Notes: generated by a model not told the origin, from the sequence alone. A stretch of DNA of 64,000 nucleotides from Patescibacteria group bacterium (GCA_028714495.1 JAQTMH010000001.1:245036-309035), one strand, 5' to 3'. Positions 38,116-49,486 are shown, counted from the first letter of the stretch. Numbers and translations: made by a program.

Positions 38116-38508
38116 TTAATCGTCAAGCGATTGATCGTCGAGATCGGAAATGGCGTTTTCTACATGTCTAATCTTGACCTTGTTTGATTGATTATCAAGT
38201 TCGACAACTATCAAATCGATCCGAAACCTTCTGTTTTCCAGCAAGTTTTTCATTAAATAATCTTGGGTTATTTTAGCTAAGGTTAGAGCCTTTTTATGTG
38301 TTATCGCTTCCTCTGCCAGTCCATATGTTTTACTTCTCCGGGTCTTTACTTCAACAAAAACAACCAGCTGGTTTTTCTGGCAGATTAAATCAAGTTCGCC
38401 TTTTTTAGTTCGGATGTTTTTCGCCAATACAATATAGCCCTGGTTTTCAAGATAACGCCGAGCCAGGGATTCGCCCAGCTGTCCAATTTTTATTTTTTCT
38501 TGGCCCAA
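38116..38508 (-). CDS. YraN-family (UPF0102) endonuclease
   Basis: 'LGESLARRYLENQGYIVLAKNIRTKKGELDLI...VVFVEVKTRRS' is the typical YraN pattern. Confidence 0.7.
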   Translation of the reverse strand: MGQEKIKIGQLGESLARRYLENQGYIVLAKNIRTKKGELDLICQKNQLVVFVEVKTRRSKTYGLAEEAITHKKALTLAKITQDYLMKNLLENRRFRIDLIVVELDNQSNKVKIRHVENAISDLDDQSLDD

Positions 38509-38563
38509 AATAGAAAAAGGCTTTCTCCCAAAAGCCGTCTTTTTGTCTAATTCTAGCTAAAAT

Positions 38564-39127
38564 CTATGGGTTAGGATTAACGAATAATAATCCGTAGTGG
38601 TAAGGACCAGCCTCAAAAGTCTCTAATAATTGAAGACCGAGGTCGCTGGCTATGGCCTTGATTTTCTCAGCTGGGACGCGGTCTTTTTCCAGCGGGCCAA
38701 ACGGCGCGCCCTGAGGCTTCCATTCAACCACCAACAGCATGCCTTCTCGCTTTAACATGCGCTTGGCTTCCTGCATCATTTCTTTATGCTTTTTCGTCTG
38801 GAACAAGGTATTAATCAGCAGAGCCCGATCTAAACCACCAGTCGGTATTTTAGTGGCGCCGTAGATCTCAAGATTTGACCAGACTGTTCTGACATTATTT
38901 ATTCCCTGCATCCGGGCCTTACTAATCACGCTGGCTAAAACGGACTTGAGAATATCAACCGCGTAAACTACGCCTTTTTCACCAACCGCTTTGGCTGACT
39001 GAAGGACAAAAACCCCGCTGCTCCCACAACCTAAATCAGCTACTGACATTCTGAAAGAAATGCCGGCTTTTTGGATCAGCTTCATTGGGTCGAGCAGCTC
39101 ATTGCCGCCCGGTATTCGTTCAACCAT
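38564..39127 (-). CDS. class I SAM-dependent methyltransferase
   Basis: 'VADLGCGSSGVFVL' motif I. 'VYAVDIL' motif II. Confidence 0.65.
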   Translation of the reverse strand: MVERIPGGNELLDPMKLIQKAGISFRMSVADLGCGSSGVFVLQSAKAVGEKGVVYAVDILKSVLASVISKARMQGINNVRTVWSNLEIYGATKIPTGGLDRALLINTLFQTKKHKEMMQEAKRMLKREGMLLVVEWKPQGAPFGPLEKDRVPAEKIKAIASDLGLQLLETFEAGPYHYGLLFVNPNP

Positions 39128-39168
39128 AGACTGTTTTAAGTAAATTCATTATACCAAAATATCAATGC

Positions 39169-39777
39169 CTAGACAATAAGATGCTTCATCGGTCGGTAGC
39201 TTTTGCGGTGGAACTGACTGACACCATGTTTTTTGATCAGGGCTAAATGGTGTTTCGTGCCATAGCCTTTGTGGAGATGGAAATCGTACTGGGGAAGTTT
39301 CTCGTGCTGGCCGATGAGAATTCGATCGCGCGTCACCTTGGCCAGAATCGAAGCGGCCGCGATGGAAAAAACTTTTTGGTCGCCGCGCACGATGGCTTGA
39401 CTCGGCAGTAAGTGATCAAACTTCAGCGCGTCGATTAAAAGATAGTCTGGTGCGACTGAAAGTTTTTTGATGGCCAGCACCATAGCCAAAATATTCGCCG
39501 GGCCGATTCCCTTTCGGTCAATTAACCGGTGGCTGACAATTCCGACGCTCCAGCTAATCGCCACCTTGGCAATCGCCGAAAACAATTTCTCCCGTTGGCC
39601 AGGCGAAAGCTGTTTTGAATCGCGCAAACCCTCTAAACGGATTCGCGGCGGCAAAATTACCGCGGCTGCCACAATCGGACCAGCCCAGGCTCCCCGGCCA
39701 GCCTCATCCAGGCCGGCGATATTCCGATACCCAAGCTTCCATAATTTTTTCTCCTCAAGCCGGCTTGGTTTTGTCAT
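39169..39777 (-). CDS. rnhB: ribonuclease HII
   Basis: 'AGLDEAGRGAWAGPIVAAAVIL' and 'DSKQLSPGQRE' motifs. Confidence 0.85.
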   Translation of the reverse strand: MTKPSRLEEKKLWKLGYRNIAGLDEAGRGAWAGPIVAAAVILPPRIRLEGLRDSKQLSPGQREKLFSAIAKVAISWSVGIVSHRLIDRKGIGPANILAMVLAIKKLSVAPDYLLIDALKFDHLLPSQAIVRGDQKVFSIAAASILAKVTRDRILIGQHEKLPQYDFHLHKGYGTKHHLALIKKHGVSQFHRKSYRPMKHLIV

Positions 39778-39946
39778 GGCTTAAGTATACTCTTCTTCAA
39801 GAAATACCGTAGGCGAGGTTGACCAACCTCGCCTATGTAGTATTTACATTACTATGTCCTAATAAACGACCTTTATCCAAAAAAATGCCCGACCGCATGG
39901 TGGGTCGGGCTCTAGTAAGAACTCTCAACAGTCTTGGATCAAGGTA

Positions 39947-41197
39947 CTACTGCCAGATCGTCGCGCTCGCATAAATTCCCTGGGCTGTTTCGTCGAATCG
40001 AAACGATGTCTCCAGCCGCAGATAGTCGACTTTCTTCCGCTGCATCGGGTCAGGCGTATTTGTCACGTGGATTTTGCATCCGAGAGTGATGGCTTTCCAG
40101 TCCTGGCCAGGGTCGTCGAGCGTGCGCGGACGAGAACCTGGGACCAAATCAGTGGCTGTCTGATAGACTAGACCGAGATAGGGGTTGTGAACCGGGCCGA
40201 AGACCCGGGGCCAAGTACCATATAGTGCGTACTGGGATTCCCGAAGCTCCGCTTCCATGCCCGCTTCGATATCGACGGTGGTAAAGGTAGCAGTCACCAG
40301 TCCAAAATCCACTGCGTCGTATCCCCGGCCCACGCCGAGCGTGCCAAAGTCTCGGTTTCGCACTACGCGTGATCGGCTGAGCGCGCCGTGAGCAAAGGAA
40401 TTAGCGATGGCGGAACTAACCGGCTGGTTCAAGGCACGCCCCCAGAGAGTGGCAATGCCTAGATAACAGGTTGCCTCGGGCTTCTTTCTCATGACAAAGA
40501 GCGCTGCTGGATTAGCGCCACGATTCTCAACATCGGCATAACGCGCGATCCCGCCGATCCACGTCGGCGAATCCTCCTGGTTCACCGCTGATCCAGCCAG
40601 AGCGAGTATTCGTGGGGCGCTTGCTTGCCAATCCAGGACAGAAATATACCGTTTTTCTTCGATCGGGCCGGCGTGTGATACTGCTTTCTCATTGGAGGCT
40701 CCCAAGTATAGTCCGAGGTTGCCATGCTGCACCCGCGCCGTACCGTCGAGATGCACAGTTTCATCAGCATCGCGTTCAGCCGAGAAACCGAGAGCGAAGT
40801 TCTTCCGCTCGTATGAAGGATACAGGCCAAACGCCCAGTAATCTTCGCCGAGCAAATACCGGGCGATCGAACCGGCCAGCTTGAGCTGAACCGGCGCGAG
40901 CGGCGCGCAGACCCCGAAATCAAGCGACTCTTCGTCAAGCTCGAGTCCGTATACTGGCGACACGCGGTTGTCGGCGTTCGAATACTCCAAAGCGAGTAGC
41001 CGCGTCCGATCCGGCGAATCCACATAGAATCGGAATCCGCCGTTCTTAATCGTCCCAACCTGTTCACTCCCGAGGTACCGATCCAGTTGACTGGCCTCGA
41101 CCGTGAATCGGTAGGGCACGATTGACTGGGCTGAAATCGGTTGGACAGCCAACACGCAGAAAAACGCGCACACCGCAAAAGCTAAACCGTATCGCAT
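39947..41197 (-). CDS. secreted beta-rich protein, possible outer-membrane barrel (in high-GC islet with fbaB)
   Basis: Signal peptide MRYGLAFAVCAFFCVLAVQPISAQS. Alternating hydrophobic strands. Aromatic residue near the C-terminus. Confidence 0.45.
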   Translation of the reverse strand: MRYGLAFAVCAFFCVLAVQPISAQSIVPYRFTVEASQLDRYLGSEQVGTIKNGGFRFYVDSPDRTRLLALEYSNADNRVSPVYGLELDEESLDFGVCAPLAPVQLKLAGSIARYLLGEDYWAFGLYPSYERKNFALGFSAERDADETVHLDGTARVQHGNLGLYLGASNEKAVSHAGPIEEKRYISVLDWQASAPRILALAGSAVNQEDSPTWIGGIARYADVENRGANPAALFVMRKKPEATCYLGIATLWGRALNQPVSSAIANSFAHGALSRSRVVRNRDFGTLGVGRGYDAVDFGLVTATFTTVDIEAGMEAELRESQYALYGTWPRVFGPVHNPYLGLVYQTATDLVPGSRPRTLDDPGQDWKAITLGCKIHVTNTPDPMQRKKVDYLRLETSFRFDETAQGIYASATIWQ

Positions 41198-41381
41198 TCG
41201 AGACCTCCTTGTGAACGTACTACTGCCGCAACTACCTCTAGCCAGGTTAACACAGCTTGTTTGCAGCCCTGCATATTATCACTTGTCAAATCAGATGGTC
41301 AAGTTACCAATGCCGCATTCAATAAATAAAAAGGGGCGTTTCTCGAAGGAGAAACCGCCCCAGGTCATTCAAAGGTTCAAA

Positions 41382-42458
41382 CTAGGCCACTGTGACCTCC
41401 GGACAGAGGTAGACGTCTTGAACCGCGTTCAGCAGCTCGACGCCTTCAGCCATCGGCCGCTGAAAAGCCTTCCGTCCAGTGATCAAGCCCATACCGCCAG
41501 CCCGCTTGTTGATGACTGCAGTACGGACTACCTGGGCAATGTCGTCCTTGCCAGAAGAAGCACCGCCTGAGTTGATAAGCCCGACACGGCCAAGGTAATT
41601 GTGAACTACTTGAACCCGACAGAGATCAATCGGATGAGGTGAAGACAATTTCGTGTACATCTCTTCCTTGAACTTGCCGAATCTCGCACCCCCCGCATTC
41701 ATCGCTTTGAACCCGCCATCGCAGGTCGGCAGCTTCTGCTTGATGATGTCAGCCTGAATCGTAGCGCCCAGATGATCGGCCTGGCCAGTCAGATCAGCGC
41801 TTTCTTCGTGGTTGACTCCTGCCACCTTGAAAGCCGGGTTGCGCAGATAGCACCAGAGGATGGTCGCCATGCCCAGCTGATGCGCCAGCTCAAACGCCTG
41901 GCTGACCTCAACGATCTGATGCCGCGACTCGGCTGAACCGAAATAGATCGTCGCGCCCACTGCCGCCGCACCCAGATCAAACGCCTGCTGAACGCTGGCA
42001 AACATGGTCATGTCCCAGATGTTGGGATGGCTTAGGAGCTCGTTGTGATTGAGCTTCACGATGAAAGGAATCTGATGCGCGTACTGACGTGCCATTGAAC
42101 CAAGCACGCCCAGCGTTGAGGCCACGCCGTTGCAGCCGCCTTCGATTGCGAGCTTCACAATGTTTTCGGGATCGAAGTATTCGGGGTTCGGCGCAAAGCT
42201 GGCTCCGGCCGAGTGCTCGATCCCCTGGTCAACCGGCAGAAACGAAAGATAGCCGGTCCCAGCCAAACGTCCATGATTGAACAGTCCGGCTAAGCTGGTC
42301 AAGACTCGACAGGAACGATCGCTCGCCGAACATACCCGATCAATGAAATCCGGTCCGGGCAGATGGAGCCGGCTGCTGGGCACTGTCTGACACTGATGCG
42401 TCAGCAGCTCCTCCGCCTCTTCACCAAGTAATTCGGCAATTCTGTCTCTGGTCAACAT
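41382..42458 (-). CDS. fbaB: class I fructose-bisphosphate aldolase, FbaB/DhnA type
   Basis: Near-colinear with E. coli FbaB as recalled ('[53 protein letters not shown]', '[18 protein letters not shown]'). Start [12 protein letters not shown] has AAAAGGAGG RBS. ORF track start at 42506 is an upstream extension. Confidence 0.85.
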   Translation of the reverse strand: MLTRDRIAELLGEEAEELLTHQCQTVPSSRLHLPGPDFIDRVCSASDRSCRVLTSLAGLFNHGRLAGTGYLSFLPVDQGIEHSAGASFAPNPEYFDPENIVKLAIEGGCNGVASTLGVLGSMARQYAHQIPFIVKLNHNELLSHPNIWDMTMFASVQQAFDLGAAAVGATIYFGSAESRHQIVEVSQAFELAHQLGMATILWCYLRNPAFKVAGVNHEESADLTGQADHLGATIQADIIKQKLPTCDGGFKAMNAGGARFGKFKEEMYTKLSSPHPIDLCRVQVVHNYLGRVGLINSGGASSGKDDIAQVVRTAVINKRAGGMGLITGRKAFQRPMAEGVELLNAVQDVYLCPEVTVA

Positions 42459-42666
42459 CTGTTCCTCCTTTTGTTGACCGCCCTTGTTTGCGAAAGGACC
42501 TGCCAAAATCGGCTTTACTAGCTTAGCTCGTTTATTTCTTTTGTCAATTTTGATATTAACATTATATTAAAAACGCAGGCGCGCCTATATAACTTTTTTT
42601 AATAATCATAGGGTAAATTTCAGAGTATTATTATCGCCTCAACTCACGACACTGGGATAAACTAAA

Positions 42667-42686
42667 AGGCGGCTTCAGCCGCCTTC
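42667..42686 (-). terminator. intrinsic terminator downstream of gdhA
   Basis: Minus strand reads AAGGCGGC-tgaa-GCCGCCTT followed by TTTTAGTTT. Confidence 0.55.
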
Positions 42687-42725
42687 CTTCATTCTTACTT
42701 CTAAATTCTGAATTCTAAATTGCCC

Positions 42726-43970
42726 CTAGTACCCCCTTAACTTAATCGCCTCAGCCACCCGCGACACTGCCAAGATATACGCTCCCATGCGCAGGTCAAC
42801 CTGGTGGAGCTTGGCAGTTTCAAAAGTCTGCTTAAATGCTCGAGTCATTACCTTTCTTAATTGCGCCATGACCTCCTCTTCATCCCAATAATATTGCTGC
42901 ATGTTTTGGACCCACTCGAAATACGAGACTGTTACCCCGCCGGCATTTGAGAGAATGTCGGGAATGACCAGAATATTCTTTTTATTCAGTTTGTCGTCAG
43001 CCTCCGGGGTAATCGCGCCATTAGCCAATTCGAGAATGATCTTGGCTTTAATGCGGTTGGCGTTTTGACCCGTGATTTGATTGTCCAGGGCGGCTGGGAT
43101 GAGAATTTCGCACGGCTGTTCAAGCAATTTTGCATTAGTCAGTTTCTTGGTTCCGGGATAGCCCACCACTGATCCGGTTTTATCTTTGTATGTTTCAACT
43201 TTATTCGGATCCAAGCCCTTCAAATCCATAATCGCGCCTTTTGAATCTGACAAGCCGATAATTTTGAATTTCATCGAGTGGAGTATTTTGGCGGTATAGC
43301 TGCCGGCATTGCCAAATCCCTGGATTATCACCCGGCTGAAACGGTCGCACTTCACGCCCTTCATCCCGCAGACTTCCTGGAGCACGAAAATTCCACCCTG
43401 GGCTGTGGCGTACTGCCGGCCATGACTTCCGCCAATCTCCACTGGCTTACCAGTCACAATCCCCGGCACATTATAGCCAGTCAGACGGCTGGCCTCATCC
43501 ATGATCCAAGCCATAATCTGCGGGTTAGTATAAACGTCCGGCGCGGGAATGTCGCGATTCGGGCCGATGAAGCCGTTTAAGCCGCGCACATAGCCCCGGG
43601 TCAGCCGTTCTAATTCTCCGTGGCTCAGTTTTTTCGGGTCAACTACCACGCCGCCCTTAGCGCCGCCATAAGGAATGTCCATCAGGGCGCACTTCCAGGT
43701 CATCAGCATGGCTAGGGCTTTAACCTCGCTCAGATCGGCCTTTGGATGATAACGAACCCCGCCCTTGGTCGGACCGCGCGATTCATTATGCTGGACGCGA
43801 TAGCCGTGAAATACCTTCACCTTACCATCGTCCATCCGAACCGGAATATAAACTTGTAGGATCCGAATCGGATTGCGCAGGATGTTTAGAATGTCTTCAT
43901 TTAAATTTATTTTCTTCGCCGCCCGGTCAAGCTGGCGTAGGGCGTTTTGAAAGGGATTGGCTGCTGGCAT
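42726..43970 (-). CDS. gdhA: NAD(P)-dependent glutamate dehydrogenase
   Basis: '[11 protein letters not shown]' and '[15 protein letters not shown]' motifs. Confidence 0.85.
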   Translation of the reverse strand: MPAANPFQNALRQLDRAAKKINLNEDILNILRNPIRILQVYIPVRMDDGKVKVFHGYRVQHNESRGPTKGGVRYHPKADLSEVKALAMLMTWKCALMDIPYGGAKGGVVVDPKKLSHGELERLTRGYVRGLNGFIGPNRDIPAPDVYTNPQIMAWIMDEASRLTGYNVPGIVTGKPVEIGGSHGRQYATAQGGIFVLQEVCGMKGVKCDRFSRVIIQGFGNAGSYTAKILHSMKFKIIGLSDSKGAIMDLKGLDPNKVETYKDKTGSVVGYPGTKKLTNAKLLEQPCEILIPAALDNQITGQNANRIKAKIILELANGAITPEADDKLNKKNILVIPDILSNAGGVTVSYFEWVQNMQQYYWDEEEVMAQLRKVMTRAFKQTFETAKLHQVDLRMGAYILAVSRVAEAIKLRGY

Positions 43971-43977
43971 GCTTGAT

Positions 43978-45195
43978 TTAATTTAATTGTTTAAGATACT
44001 GGGTTATTCCTTCTCGCAAAATGGTCAGGGCTTGATTTAGTTTATCATTTTCCAGGACAAAAGCCAGGCGGAATTCGAGCCGGCCATCTTCAGGCTTGAG
44101 ATAAAATCCGGTGCCCGGCGCCACCACCACGGTTTGGTTTCGATGAGCGAAGTCGCTGACCAGCCAGCGGCAGAACTTTTCGCTGTTGTCCAATTTCGGA
44201 ATCTTGATAAAGGCGTAAAAGGCTCCAGTCGGCTGAATATACTCAGCCCCGGGTAAATCGCCAAAGGCTCGAGTAACCATTTCGCGTCTGGCCCGGAACG
44301 TTTCTACGTAGGATTTGATATAATCTTGTCCATAAGCCAGAGCTGAAATAGCTGCGCGCTGGCTCGGCACCGGAGCTGAAAGCCGGCTTTGGCACATATG
44401 CCTGACCGCTGTCATAATCTCCTGGTCTCGGCTTACCAGGCAGCCGATCCGGCAACCGCATAGGCTGTAGCGTTTCGACACGCTGTCAAGCATTATTACC
44501 CGGCCCTTAAACTCTGGAAATTGGAGAATGCTTGTCGGCCTACCCTCATACACCAATTCGCGATATACTTCGTCAACAATCAATGCCAAGTTGTTTTCCG
44601 CTGCCAAGCGTCCGAGCGAGGCCAATTCCTCGCGCGAGTAAACATAGCCGCTGGGATTGGATGGATTGTCAAAAATAATCGCGCGGGTTTTGTCTGTCAC
44701 TTGCTGGCGCAGATTTTCAAATGGCGGCAAGCGAAAAGATTCCCTGCTTCTGACCAGGGACACGCTTCTCAATTTCAGACCCAGCAGCGTGGCAATGCTT
44801 AAATAGTTCGGATAGAAAGGCTCAAAAACCAAAACTTCGTCGCCGGGATCTGCCACCGCGGCCAGCGAAAAAAGTATCGCCTCGCTCGCCCCGGTGGTTA
44901 CGATAATTTCATCGGTGCTGATATTAACGCCGAAGTCATTATAATATTTTTGCCAGGCGGAAATCAGCTCGGGTTCACCAGACGATTGGCCGTATTTAAT
45001 TTTTCGCGAAGCAAAATCAGCCAAAGCCAAGCTGACTGACTGAGGCGGAAATTCATCCGGCTCGCCCAGATTCAGGTAATAAACTTGGCGGCCGGTTTTT
45101 TCGACCAATTGGGCGGTCGAAATCAGCAGGCGCAAGGGGGATTCTGGAATCTCCCGGCCGCGTTTTGAAATCCCGTTAGTCCTCATAAATCGCAA
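43978..45195 (-). CDS. class I/II pyridoxal-phosphate aminotransferase (aspartate aminotransferase-like)
   Basis: ~400 aa. '[14 protein letters not shown]' is a Lys-containing PLP region. 'GEPDEFPP' is near the N-terminus. Confidence 0.75.
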   Translation of the reverse strand: MRFMRTNGISKRGREIPESPLRLLISTAQLVEKTGRQVYYLNLGEPDEFPPQSVSLALADFASRKIKYGQSSGEPELISAWQKYYNDFGVNISTDEIIVTTGASEAILFSLAAVADPGDEVLVFEPFYPNYLSIATLLGLKLRSVSLVRSRESFRLPPFENLRQQVTDKTRAIIFDNPSNPSGYVYSREELASLGRLAAENNLALIVDEVYRELVYEGRPTSILQFPEFKGRVIMLDSVSKRYSLCGCRIGCLVSRDQEIMTAVRHMCQSRLSAPVPSQRAAISALAYGQDYIKSYVETFRARREMVTRAFGDLPGAEYIQPTGAFYAFIKIPKLDNSEKFCRWLVSDFAHRNQTVVVAPGTGFYLKPEDGRLEFRLAFVLENDKLNQALTILREGITQYLKQLN

Positions 45196-45253
45196 AGAGG
45201 TCTCGCGTCGCCTTCTTGATCGGCGGACGAACGAGACCTCGCTGGATAAATTA

Positions 45254-45580
45254 TTATTTTAAAATCTGATTAAGTTCGTCCGCGATCTTTTGCTTTGGCT
45301 GCGACCCGACCAATTGCTTGACCAGCTGGCCTTTTTGAAATATGACCAGGGTCGGGATGCTCATGACGTTGAATTTCCCGGCCGTGACTGGATTTTGGTC
45401 AACCTCGATCTTGCCAACCTTCACCTTGCCCTCAAATTCCTTGGCTAGCTCTTCGATTACCGGCGCGAGGGCCCGGCAGGGACCGCACCATGAAGCCCAG
45501 AAATCAACTAATACTGGTAATGATTCTTCTTTGACCACTTCTTGTTCGAAATTTTGATCAGTCAATGTTACTTCCGCCAT
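45254..45580 (-). CDS. trxA: thioredoxin
   Basis: 'WASWCGPCR' active site. ORF-track start at 45631 is probably an N-terminal extension. [11 protein letters not shown] is the likely start. Confidence 0.8.
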   Translation of the reverse strand: MAEVTLTDQNFEQEVVKEESLPVLVDFWASWCGPCRALAPVIEELAKEFEGKVKVGKIEVDQNPVTAGKFNVMSIPTLVIFQKGQLVKQLVGSQPKQKIADELNQILK

Positions 45581-45704
45581 AATATTCTTTTTATTAATTA
45601 TTGGTTTATTAATTGTAAGCCAGTCAGTCAAAAAAGTCCAGAAAAGAAAAACGCCCTCCTCTATTCCTATTAGGAAGGCGCGAACCTCTATCAGTGGTAA
45701 TGGG

Positions 45705-45977
45705 CTAGACAGCCTGACCCGCAGGCTCTCTTTTGCCCAATTCCCGCTTCACACGATCAATGACTTGCTGAACCGTCCGGAAACACTCCACTTCGCCTTC
45801 TGGAATCTCGACCTTGAATTCCTCATTGAGAGCTGCGGCCAGATCGGGCACGTCATCGGGTCCGGCCCTCAGATCTTCAATGAGCCTCATCCCAGGCCCT
45901 ACCCTCTCCGACGATGTGTCCAATTGTCCTGCGATGACCTGTCTTGCCCGTTCCTCAACCGTACCTTGCCTTGGCAT
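45705..45977 (-). CDS. acyl-carrier-protein-like small protein lacking the phosphopantetheine Ser
   Basis: Alignable by eye to ACP ('IEDL.A..D.V.DL......EF..EI'). The DSL serine position reads 'GPDDV'. Confidence 0.4.
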   Translation of the reverse strand: MPRQGTVEERARQVIAGQLDTSSERVGPGMRLIEDLRAGPDDVPDLAAALNEEFKVEIPEGEVECFRTVQQVIDRVKRELGKREPAGQAV

Positions 45978-46112
45978 ATTTTCCCTCCCATTTTCCGTAA
46001 AAGGTGAATGTGCTGACCGAATCTTAACAAAATCTTTAGAAAAGTCAAGTGCTTGTCTAGAAAAAAGTGCGCAAAAAAAGACCTCGAATCAAAGGTCATT
46101 TTTTCAATAATA

Positions 46113-47381
46113 TTATCGTCTGGCAGCTGGTCGGCGACGGCGCCTAGGAAAGTTCATGTGAAATGGCCGGCTGTTGCCATAAGGTGAGGTGGTCTGTATC
46201 CGAGTCGACGGTTGCGGCTGCTGAAAACGGGGTGGTTGGGGCCGGGCTGGCGGTAAATCAGGCAAGGCGGATATGCGTAGTGTCGTACGGATAAGCCGTT
46301 CAATCGCCCTTAAATCGCCGCGCTGGTCAGGCATGGCAAAGGAGATCGCCCGGCCTGGCTGTCCAGCTCGACCAGTGCGGCCGATCCGATGCACGTAGTC
46401 TTCTGCCTGTGACGGCAGGTCATAATTCACGACTAGTTCAATGCCGCGCACATCAATGCCTCGGGCAGCAATATCAGTGGCAACTAACACTCGGTATTTG
46501 CCGGACTTAAAACCGTCGAGCGCGTCCCGGCGCTGGTTCAGTGTTCGGTTCGAATGGATCTCAGCCGCTGGAATTCCCATTGACTTAACAGTACGAGTCA
46601 GTTTTTTTGCCGTATGCTTCGTGCGCATGAAAACGAGCACAGCGCCCCGAGTGTCTTGGAGCAATTTTTCAAGTAAACGAGTTTTTTCCGCTTTCGCCAC
46701 GACAAACACCTCTTGTTCGACAGTAGCCGGGGCAGTGCCTGATCGGGCTACCTCAATACGTACAGGCAGGCGCATTTGGCGCCGGGCTATCTGCATGATT
46801 GCGTCTGGAATTGTGGCTGAAAACAGCATGGTCTGTCGTTTAGCCGCCGGCGGTACAGACGCCAAAATCCGATTGATCTGGGGCGCGAAACCCATGTCGA
46901 GCATCCGGTCGGCCTCATCGAGGACGAGGATATGGACATCGTCGAGGCGAATATTTTTCTGCTCAAGGTGGTCGATCAGCCGACCAGGCGTGGCAATAAT
47001 AATATGGGGTTTTTTCCGAAGAGCCTCGAGTTGTTTGACTTGGGAAGCGCCGCCAATCAACACAGCGGTCCGCAAACCGACGCCGCGACCGATGTCGTGG
47101 AGCGCTTCATCCACTTGCATAGCCAGTTCGCGTGTCGGGAGAATAACCAAGCCACGGCCTTTTACCTGGGCCAGACGTTGAATCATCGGTATGCCAAAAG
47201 CAATCGTCTTGCCCGTGCCGGTTTGGGCCACTCCGACCACGTCTTTTCCCTCAATGGCCGGAGGAATTGATTGGTGCTGAATCGGCGTCGGCGTGGTAAA
47301 ACCCAGCCGCTCGAGCGTATCGAGAAGCTGCGGCGCGATGCCAAGACCGAGAAAGTTTTGTTGCTCTGTGTTAGTGTTCAT
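46113..47381 (-). CDS. DEAD-box ATP-dependent RNA helicase with Arg/Pro-rich C-terminal tail
   Basis: Q-motif, 'AQTGTGKT', 'PTRELA', 'DEAD', 'SAT', 'HRIGRTGR'. Confidence 0.85.
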   Translation of the reverse strand: MNTNTEQQNFLGLGIAPQLLDTLERLGFTTPTPIQHQSIPPAIEGKDVVGVAQTGTGKTIAFGIPMIQRLAQVKGRGLVILPTRELAMQVDEALHDIGRGVGLRTAVLIGGASQVKQLEALRKKPHIIIATPGRLIDHLEQKNIRLDDVHILVLDEADRMLDMGFAPQINRILASVPPAAKRQTMLFSATIPDAIMQIARRQMRLPVRIEVARSGTAPATVEQEVFVVAKAEKTRLLEKLLQDTRGAVLVFMRTKHTAKKLTRTVKSMGIPAAEIHSNRTLNQRRDALDGFKSGKYRVLVATDIAARGIDVRGIELVVNYDLPSQAEDYVHRIGRTGRAGQPGRAISFAMPDQRGDLRAIERLIRTTLRISALPDLPPARPQPPRFQQPQPSTRIQTTSPYGNSRPFHMNFPRRRRRPAARR

Positions 47382-47609
47382 AGAACGCGGAGAGTATAAC
47401 GTATTTTCACCGTTGCGTAAAGCACCCGAGACCGACGTGACGATTTAATCGGCGGCTGCTTCGATACGACGTTCAGTAGACAATGTCATTCTTGACTTTC
47501 TTAGATAATGGGCTAAGCTAGGCTCGACAGTTGATCTCTGACATCTCGCAATAGGCCGTATTTACACGGCGGTTGTGCACAACTACCTTTTATACCATGG
47601 AGGGAGGTC

Positions 47610-49436
47610 ATGAGGCCTAAGGAAATTACTTGGCAGTCTCTGGTCGGAGCATTCGTTGTCTCCACACTCATCGCAATGTCGTACCCCTACATCGTATTGA
47701 AGCTTGGCATGGGGCCAAATGTCTCCGTATTGGCCGCATTTCTCGGCGCGCTTTTCCTCATGGCTACGGCCAGGCGAACACGTGGTCAGAATGCAGTCCG
47801 CAACAACATCATCCAGACAGCCGCCACCAGCGCTACCTCGACCGCTTTCATGTGCGTGGTAGCCGCGGCCTTCGGCTACCTGAACATGAATGAGTCGGTC
47901 AGCCTCAAGGTACACATCACGCCCTGGCAGATGTTTTCGTGGCTATCTCTCTCGGGTACCATCGGCGTGCTGATTGCTGCGCTTTTCCGGCGCTACTTCA
48001 TCGACGACCCTGAGATGATCTTTGCCGACGGCGTGGCCGCAGCTGAGACCATCAATGTGCTTGACACAACGGGGTCGGAAGGCGGCCGGAAAATGCGTAC
48101 CCTGGGTTTTGGCGCCGTCGTCGGTGTCGCGGTTGCCTTTATCCGCGACGGGCTGCATAAGCTCGCGACCGTTCCGCTCATGATGCGATTCTCTATCGGC
48201 CTCGACTGGAGTCCGTTGTCCTTCGGCACGGGCCTACTCATCTCGCTCAACGTCGGACTCTCAATGTTGGCGGGAACGATTCTGGTCGCTTTGCTCGGCC
48301 CCCAGATCATGCACCTGGCGGGCCTGCAGATCGTACAGCAGGGCATCGCCCCGCAATATCTCAACCAGGTCATGGACTTTATTCGCTCTGGCGCGGTCCC
48401 GCTACCCGACTCACCGGAATGGCTTTTCCTGACGCAGCACGGCGGCATGGCCTTGAACTACCTGCGTGGCAACCACTACCCGATCATCATGCTCTGGTTC
48501 ATGTGGCCGGCGACCGCCATGATGATCACCGCTTCGCTCACGGCCGTGCTCCTGAAGTGGCGATCGATCACACGCATGTTCCAGTCTCTCTCCCTGAAGA
48601 AGAGTTCAACTACTGGCCGGCGCGAGGACGTCTCGCTCAAGACCATTGTCTGGCTGACCCTCGCCCTGACCGCATTCCTCGCTTATGTCCAGCACGAACA
48701 TTTCGGGATGCCGATCTGGCAAACTGTCATGTCCATTGTATTCAGCCTCCCGCTCATCCTCGTAGGCGTGCGGGTACTCGGCGAGACAAATCAGGGCCCA
48801 GTCAGTCTGATGGCCAACGCGCTCCAAGCCGTGTTCCGGCTGTTCTCGCCCCATGTCGGCCACAACCTTGTGGCCGCGGGCATGGCCGGAGACATCAACT
48901 CCCAGGGCGAGGGTACTATGCAGGTCTATCGCACCGGCCAACTTGTCGGCTCGACGCCACGCGTTCTGACCTGGATTCAGTTTAGCTTTATTCCGGTCGG
49001 AGCTGCCTCGGTGGCCATCATGTACCCGCTCTTAGTCCAGCGTTACGGTTTGGGTGAAGGTCTGGCCGCTCCGACCGGACTAAAACTCGCAAACATGGCC
49101 GTCCTGATGAGCAAAGGCCTTTCGGCTTTCCCGCCGGGCGCCCTCGCTTGGACGGTTGTGGCCGCGATTGCCGGCGTCTTCCTGACGCTTGGCAAAAGCA
49201 TCGGCAAACAGGCCTGGCTTCCGAGTGCGGCAGCGTTCGGCTTCGCCCTCATCCTCCCCGGTTTGCTCAATGTACCGATCGCTCTCGGCGCTGTTTGCGG
49301 CTGGTGGTGGAAGAAAGTGGCGCCCGAACACTATGATCGCCATCGCATCACGCTGGCTTCCGGTTTCATCGGCGGCGAAGCGCTGATCGCCGGCTTGCTC
49401 CTTCCGATTCTTTTCTACTTCGGCATCATTCGCTGA
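47610..49436 (+). CDS. OPT-family oligopeptide transporter (polytopic membrane protein)
   Basis: 608 aa with ~15-16 TM segments. Family call is based on size and topology only. Confidence 0.55.
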   Translation: MRPKEITWQSLVGAFVVSTLIAMSYPYIVLKLGMGPNVSVLAAFLGALFLMATARRTRGQNAVRNNIIQTAATSATSTAFMCVVAAAFGYLNMNESVSLKVHITPWQMFSWLSLSGTIGVLIAALFRRYFIDDPEMIFADGVAAAETINVLDTTGSEGGRKMRTLGFGAVVGVAVAFIRDGLHKLATVPLMMRFSIGLDWSPLSFGTGLLISLNVGLSMLAGTILVALLGPQIMHLAGLQIVQQGIAPQYLNQVMDFIRSGAVPLPDSPEWLFLTQHGGMALNYLRGNHYPIIMLWFMWPATAMMITASLTAVLLKWRSITRMFQSLSLKKSSTTGRREDVSLKTIVWLTLALTAFLAYVQHEHFGMPIWQTVMSIVFSLPLILVGVRVLGETNQGPVSLMANALQAVFRLFSPHVGHNLVAAGMAGDINSQGEGTMQVYRTGQLVGSTPRVLTWIQFSFIPVGAASVAIMYPLLVQRYGLGEGLAAPTGLKLANMAVLMSKGLSAFPPGALAWTVVAAIAGVFLTLGKSIGKQAWLPSAAAFGFALILPGLLNVPIALGAVCGWWWKKVAPEHYDRHRITLASGFIGGEALIAGLLLPILFYFGIIR

Positions 49437-49456
49437 TTTCCTCTTCGGAAATCGCA

Positions 49457-49486
49457 ACAGAGCCCGTCTCTAGGCTCTGTTTTTAT
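49457..49486 (+). terminator. intrinsic terminator after the transporter gene
   Basis: ACAGAGCC-cgtctcta-GGCTCTGT followed by TTTTAT. Confidence 0.65.
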
